NCBI GenBank assembly: GCA_964291235.2
Contig: OZ219816.1
Location: 736,001 to 800,000, forward strand
Direction: 5' to 3'
Length of the DNA: 64,000 nucleotides
Source of the DNA: Vicinamibacteria bacterium
Lineage (GTDB): Bacteria; Acidobacteriota; Vicinamibacteria; Marinacidobacterales; Marinacidobacteraceae
Shown here: one piece after another, positions 18,555 to 26,784 of the stretch
Numbering within the stretch: the first letter of the stretch is position 1
How the letters are laid out: every line of letters begins with the position of its first letter
The notes under the pieces: model-generated
Databases searched by the model: none
Told to the model about the DNA's origin: nothing
What the model saw: only the letters and a program-made list of their open reading frames with translations
Made by a program: the position numbers and the translations under genes

Positions 18555-20442
18555 CTAACGATTGGGGCAGATTTCCGGCAGGTTCGGCGGGCTCTTCTCC
18601 AACCGGACGTGCGTCGAAAGCCACGTGTTCATCGGGACACCGCCAAGCGCCCACACTTCCACCCGGTAGTCGCAGGGCAAGGACTGCCCCGGGATCTGGA
18701 ACCATTCGAAGGCCGTCTCCGCCGGGATGGTCACGGTCCACCATTTCTGGTTGGGTTCGTTCTGCCATACCTGGATGTTGAATCCGTAACCCAGAACATT
18801 GTCGTTCCGGGAGACGAGAAAGCGGAGGTACGAATATTCCCCGTCAACCGCGTCGCGTCCGCCGGAGAGCGTCTTCGTGGCCGGTACGAGGGTTCCGTAT
18901 TGAGGCAGGCAATAGTCACTCGCCTCGACCTCGAAGTTTGCTGCAACCGGATCCGATCGGAGAGCACGGGCAACATCGCGCGCGCAGCTTCCGCCGGTTG
19001 TGATTTGCCAAGCGTTGCCGACACGGTCCAATCCCGCTGCTGCGCCCTTGTAGACAATCACCGTAGCCCCGTTGGCGTAGTCCGCAGTCGGCGTGGCGCC
19101 CGGTTTCGCCGTCAATCGGAGCCACTCGGTATGGAGCCGGATCCCGCTGCTGTGCCTCACCTCGGTGCTGAACTCCACGCTCGCCGGCCTCGCGGGCAAG
19201 TCCGGTTGGTCCGGTTGGCCTTCGACTCCGATAAGAATGAGATCGTCGTCCCAGACGCGGAGGAGCACGTCCGCCGTCCCGATCCTGAACGGCAACCGGA
19301 TGTCCTCGTAGGCCTCGATCTCCGCCGTGGCGAGGCCGCCGGGCTGCGTCGCCTTGCTGACCACGTTGTCGTCCGTGGTGACGGTGAGGAATCCGGAGAG
19401 CCGGATTTCGTTCGACGTGCCGTCCACGGACCAACCGATGTTGTCCTTCCCGCGGTTCATGCCCGTCAGGATCGTGCTACCCGAGTCGCTCCAGACCGCC
19501 GTCCAACCGGTAGGAACCGAGGCGTCGAAGGTCGGAGCGCCGGTCCCGATCAGAACGCCACCGTCGTAGATCTCAGCCAGGTTGCAGCCCTCGTAGGTGT
19601 CCACCACGAAGTCGCCGCCCTCGGCCCGCGCGCTCATGCGCGGCCGGGGGCCGCTCTCGGCGTGCGGCCGGTAGGGGTAGCCGCAGGACAGGTACATCGT
19701 GGACGTGCCCGTGGCATTCTGAGGATCCGCCAGCGAGTTCACCACCTGCTGCTGCCGGACCGGCTGCTGCTGCCGGACCGGCTCCTGCTGCGGGACCGGC
19801 GTCGGGGCCGCCTCGTCCTCGACGATGACGACCGTCCACACCACGCTGCTTCCGTTGATGTGCAGTCCGACGGACTTGCGGTCTCCCGTGTAATCGGAGT
19901 CGTTCGCCCGGGCGTCGTAGTTGAAACCGAGCGTGCCGTCCGCGTCCCACTTCACCGCGAGCGCGCTCGGGTTCCCGCCCCGCAGCGGAGACACATCGGC
20001 GAAGAGGTTCTGCCAGCCGTTGCTCGCCGTTCCCGTGTTGCCGCCCGGATTGGCGATCCCCGAGCACCGGCCCGCCGCGGAGCCGCCGTCGTTGTAGCGG
20101 CCGTTCTCGGGAATCCGGATCTCCCGCTCGGTAGCGCTCACCGCCACGATCTCCAGGTTGTCCGAGGAGTAGGGCCCCCAGCGGCCACCGGAGCGCGGAG
20201 TGCAGGTCTGCACGGAGGTCGCCAGGATCTGCATCTGCCCGCCCACGGACTGCGCCGTGAGGCCGTCGCCTCCCCCGCCCGCCGGGGGCGCCGCATCCGA
20301 GGCCGCGGGGGAGGGCGCTGCCGGAACGGGCGCGGTGGGGCTATCCGACCCGCAGTTCGCCATGAGGAGAACGGCCAGAGCCGCTACCGCAAGGCCGTGT
20401 CCGGTCCGGGCTTCGTGTGTGTGTGTGTGTGTGTGTGGTCAC
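18555..20442 (-). CDS. Large predicted surface lipoprotein, frameshifted at an (AC)11 tract (putative phase-variable gene)
   Basis: 602-aa ORF 18555-20363 preceded in frame by HGLAVAALAVLL before MANC; GGAGG RBS and GTG at 20442 lie out of frame across the repeat. Confidence 0.75.
20415..20436. repeat. (GT)11 / (AC)11 simple sequence repeat
   Basis: Direct read of 11 GT units. Confidence 0.95.
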
Positions 20443-20786
20443 GATTTCCTCCGATATTCTCCGCCGCTTCCGCACGCGCGGCGCGGACTATAACGCCCAC
20501 CTTAGCGCGCCGGTCCAAAGAAGCAAGCGCAAAGGACTTCACAGCCATGATGCCCTCCGCGCCCCGTGCTGAGGCGGATCACCCTCCGAACGCCACCCCG
20601 CCCGCCGACTGTTCCGAGTCGGACAGCGCGCTATGTCCCCCCGCGATGTGTGGCCGGAGCGGCTGCGGGGACGCGAACTCATGGAGGAGTGGTCGGCGTT
20701 TGTCGCACGATCTTGACATTCGCCCAGGCCCCTGACGTGGAGTACAGGTTTCCCTCCAAGGTCGTCCTGAGCGCCGTTTCCGTTGT

Positions 20787-21104
20787 ATGGTTGCCTGCTT
20801 GGTTGAGAAGGCACTGACACGATTCCTGCTTGGCGCCGTTGCCGTACTCGGCGCTTGTGCGGGCCGCACTCCGGCTCCGGCGGTCGAGGGAGTGGTCCCG
20901 CTCCCGGAGAGCGAGGTCCGGATCTACGAAGGCGATGACCGTGTCCCGGTCCACGATGTGGTCGCGATCCTCAAGGTCTCGGAGGAGCCTCCGGAGCGTG
21001 AAGACCTGCGAGAGCGTGCGGCGGAAATGGGCGCCAACGGCATTCTGCTCACGTACTACCGGTCCGGCGAAGGCACGATCGCTGTCGCAATCCGAACACG
21101 ATGA
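20787..21104 (+). CDS. Small lipoprotein (YbjQ/RcsF-like C-terminal motif)
   Basis: Lipobox LGAC after hydrophobic stretch; EDLRERAAEMGANGILL; start uncertain. Confidence 0.55.
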   Translation: MVACLVEKALTRFLLGAVAVLGACAGRTPAPAVEGVVPLPESEVRIYEGDDRVPVHDVVAILKVSEEPPEREDLRERAAEMGANGILLTYYRSGEGTIAVAIRTR

Positions 21105-21296
21105 GGGGCACCTCTTCGAGCGGCGGCGCGAGTCTTGGGAGAGTGGTCGGCGTTTCTGGACCGGGGTTGAGATTCGTCCAGGCGACGAACCGAATTCGCC
21201 CCCGGCAGGCTCGTAAACCCGGGGTCGAGTGTATTGACTGTGTCTCAGAGCGGCACCTGGCGGGCGGCTTCAGGTTCCCTCGCGAAAGGAGAGACG

Positions 21297-21551
21297 ATGA
21301 GCGACGACGGCAGCCCGGCCCCTGGGCGGCCTGTCACCCTAGAGACGCTCCTCCTTGTCACCTTGGTTGGCGCCGTGATCGGCGTGTACGTTCAGATGGG
21401 GAGTGTGCGCGTTGAAATGGTCGAGCGTGTTGCAACGGTGGAGCGTCGTCTACTCGAGGAGTTCGCGAAGACAGACGAGCGCCTCGCCAGCCTAGAAACC
21501 AAGATCGACATTCAGCAGGGTCCGGCTCAGTCTGGCAACGGAGGCCAGTAA
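21297..21551 (+). CDS. Small single-TM coiled-coil protein
   Basis: AAGGAG RBS; TM helix, then ERLASLETKID. Confidence 0.65.
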   Translation: MSDDGSPAPGRPVTLETLLLVTLVGAVIGVYVQMGSVRVEMVERVATVERRLLEEFAKTDERLASLETKIDIQQGPAQSGNGGQ

Positions 21552-21649
21552 GGCGGCAATCAGCCTCTAGCGACTCCGACACTCCACCGGGCTCGCTGCG
21601 ACCCGAGACACACTGGCAGGTTTGGTACCCTTAGAGTTGTAGGGACAGC

Positions 21650-21895
21650 ATGAACAACGGGAACGGTTGGCGGAACCTCTGGGCCGGATTGATGGTTGCC
21701 CTCATGGTGGTGCTCGTAGGAGTGGTCGTCCAACTGCATGTCACGATGGCAGATTTCCGAGTCGAGGTCGGCCAAGAAATCGGCTCTGTCCGCCTAGAGA
21801 TGGAGCGTCGATTCGGAGAGGTGAATGAGCGTCTCGCTCGGATCGAAACCCTGATCCAGCGCCTCGATCCGGATCTTTCGCAGCCGGCGGATTGA
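21650..21895 (+). CDS. Small single-TM coiled-coil protein, paralogue of 21297-21551
   Basis: TM helix; IGSVRLEM..RF.EVNERLARIET similar to MGSVRVEM...ERLASLET. Confidence 0.65.
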   Translation: MNNGNGWRNLWAGLMVALMVVLVGVVVQLHVTMADFRVEVGQEIGSVRLEMERRFGEVNERLARIETLIQRLDPDLSQPAD

Positions 21896-21941
21896 ACGTT
21901 CTTCGGGGACCGTAGGGGATACGCCCAGCCGTATTGGTTCC

Positions 21942-22271
21942 ATGGCAACGCTGGCCTTCCCGTTTCAGTGCGACGGCGGCGCGGATCGCGTGGCCTCAGC
22001 GCTCGGACTCCGGCAGTCCGGATCCGAGTGGATCGGCGACTGCCCCGCTTGCAAGCGCTCTGAGGCTTTGTCAGTCCGGGAGTCGCGCGATGGCCACCCC
22101 GCGCACATCCTTTGCGTCTGCCGGGGAGCGTGCGTGAGCGCGACCGCGTTCCGGACCGCTCTTGACGAAATCCTCGGTCCGGGGTCCCTGACCCAGCCGT
22201 TGCAGAGGAACACCCGGATCGCTGCCGATCTCCTGAGCTCCGGTGAGGGGTTTCCCCGAAAGCCCGAGTGA
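21942..22271 (+). CDS. Primase-type zinc-ribbon domain protein (stand-alone or truncated)
   Basis: EWIGDCPACK...LSV...CVCRGAC resembles N-terminal Zn fingers of phage/plasmid primases. Confidence 0.5.
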   Translation: MATLAFPFQCDGGADRVASALGLRQSGSEWIGDCPACKRSEALSVRESRDGHPAHILCVCRGACVSATAFRTALDEILGPGSLTQPLQRNTRIAADLLSSGEGFPRKPE

Positions 22272-22311
22272 GCCGGCGGGCTATGGGAGTCTGCTCCAGT
22301 CTGGATGGGTG

Positions 22312-23901
22312 TTAGCGGCTCTGACCGTGGTCCCGATCCCGCGTCCGGTCGCGCTGGCGGATCACCTCCAGCGCCCGCGCAACGTCTCGGCGAGCGTCTC
22401 GTAGTCCCGGTCCAAGCGCGTCATTTGCGCGCTGAGCAGCTCGACACGCCGCCGCAAGGCTTCGACCTGTGCGGCATGCTGCTCGACTTGCTGCCGCAAG
22501 ATTCCGCTCTCGGCGTCCTGCTGCTCGATGCGCCGCTGCAAGGCTCCGGCCAGCTCGGAGTGCCGCCGCTGCTCCTCGCAGTGCTGCTGCTGTGCCGTCT
22601 CGTACTCCTCGGACAACGCCCGCAAGGCGATCGTCAGTTGCCGTTCCAACTCGGTCATAGAGCTCCCTCACTCGCTCGATAGCTTCAAGGCAGGCCGCCC
22701 GCCCACGGTCCAGGGCGGATCCTCCAGCGCGCCGTCCGGCAGCACCAGGAACCGCTCCCCGTCGATCTCCCGTAGCGTCACGCCCCACGTCGTGTCCTCG
22801 ATCTTGGCCAGCGTGTCCCGGGCCTGATCGATCCGTACCTCCAGCATCGCCAAGGTCTCGATCTGGCTCTGGATGCTCGCCGACAACCATTGCATCAGCC
22901 CCCAGCTCCCGCCGCTGAACCCGAGAAAAAGGCTCAGGCCGACTACCAGGGGCCGCAGCCACGCTTTCAGCAGCATCCCGCGCATCCGCGCGACCGACGC
23001 TTCCGTATCGCTTTCGATGGTACGCAGCGCGCCATTCGCGACGGCGCGCAAGTTCTCGCCAAGCAGCCGCTGCTCGCTCGCCGCTGCCTCCTCGATCTGA
23101 CGGCGGTCGGTCGCCATCCGGTTCCTCATCCGGGCGGTCAAGTCGTTCGGGTCTGAAATCCTGCTCATACAGCGCTCCTTTCAGTCGCCACCGTTTTCCG
23201 CTGTCGGGATCGCGGGCGGTCAGGTAGTCCTTGCCCTGGCGGGGCACCTCGAAGCCGGCCTCCTCCAGCGCGGCAACCACGTCGGCGCGGCTCCGCACCA
23301 CGCCGTGCTCGACCCGCTGCAGCAGGTAGTCGCGGATCAGCTCGCGCGGGCCGGCTTCGTGCTCGAGCCCGGCCCGCAGCTTCGCCGCCTCCAGGTAGGC
23401 GCGATGGCCCGGCTGGTGCGCCCGGGCCCGCGTCGGGTCGTCCGGGCGGCTCCAGCCGTGCTGGTGGTTGAAACCGTCACGTAGCGGGCCGAAGGTCTTC
23501 TGCCAGCCGGGCGGAGCGATGTTCAGACTGCGGCCGGTCTCCAGGTCGCAGCGGGCGGTGAGGATGTGCACGTGGACCCCGGTGCCGTGCTCCCGGTGCA
23601 GGACCGCCGTCCAGGCGTAGCGGTCGGGCTCCAGTCCCGCCCAGGCCGTGTTCTCGAACTCGTCGAGGACAGCCCCGATCTGCGCGTCGGTGGGCCGGTC
23701 TTCCGGCGCCCACGCGATCACGCCCGAGGTGTACTTCCGCTCGAAGCCCAGGGAGTCGGCAAGGGCGGCCACCTGGTCCGGGTTGCCGCGGAGGACCTCG
23801 ATGCCCGGACGCACCCGTCCGGCGGAATCGCGTTCACCGACGAGATAGTCGGCCGAGGCGCGGGCGGAGCCGGTGCCGCCCGCAGCGAAGCTAATGTGCA
23901 T
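22312..23901 (-). CDS. mbeA: ColE1 MbeA-like relaxase (MOBP5-related)
   Basis: Motif I ADYL, KYTSGV, H-R-E-H...H-V-H, W.RPDDP, RLKGALY; two genes nested in the C-terminal half as in ColE1. Confidence 0.85.
   Translation of the reverse strand: MHISFAAGGTGSARASADYLVGERDSAGRVRPGIEVLRGNPDQVAALADSLGFERKYTSGVIAWAPEDRPTDAQIGAVLDEFENTAWAGLEPDRYAWTAVLHREHGTGVHVHILTARCDLETGRSLNIAPPGWQKTFGPLRDGFNHQHGWSRPDDPTRARAHQPGHRAYLEAAKLRAGLEHEAGPRELIRDYLLQRVEHGVVRSRADVVAALEEAGFEVPRQGKDYLTARDPDSGKRWRLKGALYEQDFRPERLDRPDEEPDGDRPPSDRGGSGERAAAAWRELARRREWRAAYHRKRYGSVGRADARDAAESVAAAPGSRPEPFSRVQRRELGADAMVVGEHPEPDRDLGDAGGTDRSGPGHAGQDRGHDVGRDATGDRRGAVPGAAGRRAGGSALDRGRAACLEAIERVRELYDRVGTATDDRLAGVVRGVRDGTAAALRGAAAALRAGRSLAAAHRAAGRRERNLAAASRAACRTGRSLAAACRAAQRANDALGPGLRDARRDVARALEVIRQRDRTRDRDHGQSR
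22362..22658 (-). CDS. mbeD: MbeD/MobD-like protein nested in relaxase gene
   Basis: MTELERQL..AL..L...Y N-terminus typical of MbeD; coiled coil. Confidence 0.75.
   Translation of the reverse strand: MTELERQLTIALRALSEEYETAQQQHCEEQRRHSELAGALQRRIEQQDAESGILRQQVEQHAAQVEALRRRVELLSAQMTRLDRDYETLAETLRGRWR
22668..23168 (-). CDS. mbeB: MbeB/MobB-like protein nested in relaxase gene
   Basis: Central TM helix and TWGVTLREIDGERFLVLPDG C-terminal motif. Confidence 0.75.
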   Translation of the reverse strand: MSRISDPNDLTARMRNRMATDRRQIEEAAASEQRLLGENLRAVANGALRTIESDTEASVARMRGMLLKAWLRPLVVGLSLFLGFSGGSWGLMQWLSASIQSQIETLAMLEVRIDQARDTLAKIEDTTWGVTLREIDGERFLVLPDGALEDPPWTVGGRPALKLSSE

Positions 23902-24229
23902 CGTCACGGTCTCCGCCGAGGCGGGCGACGACGCGCAACGAACGCTCGAACGCGACGAGGTTGGCGATCACCGTCACGGCTTCGGTGGCCGAGGTGTGGG
24001 TGTTGGCCCAGCGCGCGAGCTGGTTCAGGTTGTTGCCGATGCGGGCAACCTGGACGTTGCGCTCGCGCTCGATATCGGCCGCCGCCGCGGTCCAGGTGCG
24101 CGTCCGGGCCATCGCGTTCCGGAGCAGTGTGGACAGCGGGACTCCGGCAGCCGCGGCCTTGGCGCGCCAGGCGGCGCGGTCCGCCGGTGATACGCGGAGG
24201 TGGATCTGCACGGAGCGGCGCTCAGCCAT
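23891..24229 (-). CDS. mobC: MobC/MbeC relaxosome accessory protein
   Basis: RHH N-terminus and ARIGNNLNQLARWAN. Confidence 0.9.
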   Translation of the reverse strand: MAERRSVQIHLRVSPADRAAWRAKAAAAGVPLSTLLRNAMARTRTWTAAAADIERERNVQVARIGNNLNQLARWANTHTSATEAVTVIANLVAFERSLRVVARLGGDRDDAH

Positions 24230-24391
24230 GGGCGCACCGGTGAGGGGGTTCAGGGGGCGGCGCCCCCCGTCCGCGCACCGCTTCGGCGGTGGCGCGGCGG
24301 GCCGGGGGTTCGGGGGGCGATGCCCCCCGGCCGCACGCTGCTCCCGCAGCGGCGGATGCCGGGGGTTCGAAGGGGGGCGCAGCCTCCCCTC

Positions 24392-24426
24392 GCCAGTCCC
24401 ATTGTGTACACAATGGGTATGCTGGC
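24392..24426. other. Putative oriT (ColE1-like)
   Basis: Perfect 20-bp palindrome CCCATTGTGTACACAATGGG (24398-24417) running into GTATGCTGGC, similar to ColE1 nic GTATACTGGC; upstream of mobC. Confidence 0.7.
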
Positions 24427-24582
24427 CCTCGTGCCTTAGTGGTCATCAGGAAGGCACGAAGCCTGCCCCGAGTCCCGTGACGAGTGTTACCAGCCTATCG
24501 ACGGATAGGCTGCAAATGAGCGATCCGCCCTTGGCGTGTTATTGGCTTGCCGGCCACCGGCCGGACGCGAGAACGGGCTCGC

Positions 24583-24861
24583 TCAGCTGCCGCCGGGGAA
24601 GTTCCGGAAACCCGGTGCGGGACGGAAACGCACCACGCGTCCCGGGCGAATGCCCGCCGGCTCGCCGGTGCGTGGATTTCGCGCCTTTCCCGTCTTGCGG
24701 GGGCGCGTGTGGAAGACCCCGAACCGCCGGAGCACCACACGGTCGCCGCGCGCCAGCGCGGAGGCAACGGATTCGAACAGCGCCTCCACGGCGTCCTGCG
24801 CGGCGGGAGACTCCAGATTCGCCGCCTCCATCGCCCGGTCGACGAGGTCCGCCTTCACCAT
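24583..24861 (-). CDS. HU/IHF-family DNA-bending protein
   Basis: MVKADLV...GDRVVLRRFGVF...ARNPRTGE...VVRFRP. Confidence 0.9.
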   Translation of the reverse strand: MVKADLVDRAMEAANLESPAAQDAVEALFESVASALARGDRVVLRRFGVFHTRPRKTGKARNPRTGEPAGIRPGRVVRFRPAPGFRNFPGGS

Positions 24862-25349
24862 GCGGAGCGCATCATGGGCGACACGCGACATCGAATAGTC
24901 TCTCCGACCACAGGAGCTGGAGAGCCGGACTCCGGTGACCTCCTCCACCCATCCCGCCGCTGGCGGCTCCGGCGGCAGTTGCCGCCGCCAGTGGCACCCC
25001 GACGCCGCCGCCCAAACTGATGCACCAACGGGTTCGCTCGCGCTGATCGTCATGGGAAGGCTGGCCGCGCCGTCCGGGCGGATTCGGTGACGGAGACTGG
25101 GCCGGTGGGAAAAAGACGCCGCCGGCAGCCGAGGTCAGTCTGGGGGTTGCTCGGGGTCCTGTTTGCCGTGTGGCTCGCCTTTGCGGTCGTATCCGTTGCC
25201 CTGCTCTCGGGGAGCTGCTGAGGCCCGGAGCCTCGGTCCGGGCCGGAGATCGCGTGTGGCTTGAAGTCACGGATAGCTTGGGCCGCTACCGGGCTGCGGC
25301 GGCAGCCGGTAGAGGCCAGTTGCGCGGTCGCGGAACCTCTGGCGCTACC

Positions 25350-26522
25350 TCACGTTCCGGCCAGGAACGCGGCCCACTGCTCCATGAGCGCCCGCCGCCG
25401 CTCGAACAGGTCCGACCGCCGGTAGGCGGCCTCGATGGCGTTCGTGTTCACGTGCGCCAGCGCTAACTCGCACACCTCACGCGGAGCGTCCGAACACTCC
25501 GCCGCCCAGTCACGGAAGCTGGAACGGAAGCCGTGCGGCACCGCACCGATCCCCAGATCCCGGACCAGCTTCGCGATCGCCCGCTTGGACAGCAGCCCGC
25601 CCCGCGCCGAGGGGAACACCGGCCCCGCACCGTCCGCGAGCGCACGCGCCTTCTGGAGCACCGCCAGCGCCCCGCTGGACAGTGGAACCCGGTGCTCCCG
25701 GTTCGTCTTCATCCGCTCCGCGGGAATGCGCCACTCCTGCCGCTCAAGGTCTATCTCACTCCACCGCGCGCCGCGCACCTCGCCGCTCCGGCACGCCGTC
25801 AGCACCAGGAACTCAAACGCCAGTACCGTCGCCGGATACGCGCCCGACCCCCGCACCGTCTCGATGGCTACGGCGACCTCCGCGTACGGGAGCGCGGGGA
25901 GATGGCGCACCGGCACTCCGTTCCTGGGCAGGGCCGCCCCGATGGCCTCCCCCGCCGGGTTGTCCTCCCGGTAGCCCTGCGCCACCGCCCAGCGCATCAC
26001 TGCCGAGATCCGGTGCCGCACCCGACGCGCGGTCACCCGCTTCTCATTCCAGATCGGGAGCAGGATCCCCATCACGTCCGCCGTGGCGATCCGGTCCACC
26101 GGCCTCCCGCCGAGCTTCGGCAGGGCGTAGTCCCGGAGCGTCCCGCGCCAGTCCTCCTCGGACCGGCTTCCGTTCTTCCAACCGGCCCGATGCACGGCGA
26201 TCACCTTCTCGACGGCGTCCTCGAACATCGGGACCGTCCGCTTCCGGCCGGTCACCAGTTCCCCGCGTCGCCGGGCGGCGAGGTTCAGGGCGCACTTCTC
26301 GCGGGCTTCGGCCAGGCTGACGTGGGGCCATGATCCGAGTCCGAGGTTGCGCTGGCGACCGTCCACGCTGATGCGCTGCGCCCAGGACTTGGCCAGGTGT
26401 CCTCGGGCCGTATGCTTGACGAGGAGTGAGAGGCCGCCGGAGCCGCGTCCGTCGCCGTAGCGTCCGGGGTGCTCAATGGTGGCGACGAAGCGGGCGGAGA
26501 GGCGATAGGGTCGCTCCATCAT
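25350..26522 (-). CDS. P4-like tyrosine integrase with N-terminal arm-binding domain
   Basis: GRYGDG..GLSL, LG.WP.VSLAEAR; catalytic R (ACRSGE), K (MKTNREH), HGFR, LAH, AY all present. Confidence 0.95.
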   Translation of the reverse strand: MMERPYRLSARFVATIEHPGRYGDGRGSGGLSLLVKHTARGHLAKSWAQRISVDGRQRNLGLGSWPHVSLAEAREKCALNLAARRRGELVTGRKRTVPMFEDAVEKVIAVHRAGWKNGSRSEEDWRGTLRDYALPKLGGRPVDRIATADVMGILLPIWNEKRVTARRVRHRISAVMRWAVAQGYREDNPAGEAIGAALPRNGVPVRHLPALPYAEVAVAIETVRGSGAYPATVLAFEFLVLTACRSGEVRGARWSEIDLERQEWRIPAERMKTNREHRVPLSSGALAVLQKARALADGAGPVFPSARGGLLSKRAIAKLVRDLGIGAVPHGFRSSFRDWAAECSDAPREVCELALAHVNTNAIEAAYRRSDLFERRRALMEQWAAFLAGT

Positions 26523-26636
26523 GGCTTTTTCGTTCCTGAGGAGGGTTGTTGGTTCCTACCACTACCAAGTGGATATCAGAAAAACGGCGGGAACTATCGA
26601 GCTGCGGTCGTCCTCGGATGGAACACTATAGCACGA

Positions 26637-26649
26637 TAACTCGTTGATA
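26637..26649 (-). promoter_or_regulatory. IHF consensus site in right att arm
   Basis: Reverse complement TATCAACGAGTTA is an exact WATCAANNNNTTR match. Confidence 0.7.
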
Positions 26650-26707
26650 TACAACATGGATCGAAGCATGCAGAGGCACCAATCGGAATCTCATAGAACA
26701 GCAGAAG

Positions 26708-26730
26708 TGCCGACCGGAGGTCGGCGGTCC
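26708..26730. repeat. att core, right copy, within an intact REP-like palindrome
   Basis: TGCCGACCGGAGGTCGGCGGTCC, nearly the same as REP TGCCGACCTGGAGGTCGGCGTTCC at 11456-11479. Confidence 0.8.
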
Positions 26731-26784
26731 AGGTCCACGCGCCATGCGGGCTCCCGACTGGCCACGTCTCCTAGAATCCCGGCG

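Larger units (their letters stand above)
17892..26722. mobile_element. Integrative mobilizable element (~8.8 kb) inserted in a REP-like palindrome
   Basis: 15-bp direct repeat TGCCGACCGGAGGTC at 17892-17906 and 26708-26722; encloses integrase, IHF/HU, mobC-relaxase-mbeB-mbeD, oriT and cargo. Confidence 0.85.

Noticed and set aside
18387-20735. 782-aa plus-strand ORF
   Set aside because: Antisense shadow of the lipoprotein gene, typical of high-GC DNA; the same applies to many long antisense ORFs such as 27936-30500 and 60730-62778.
17892-26722. Prophage or P4-like satellite
   Set aside because: No capsid, terminase, tail, Psu/Sid or full primase-helicase; the mob/oriT module indicates a mobilizable element.
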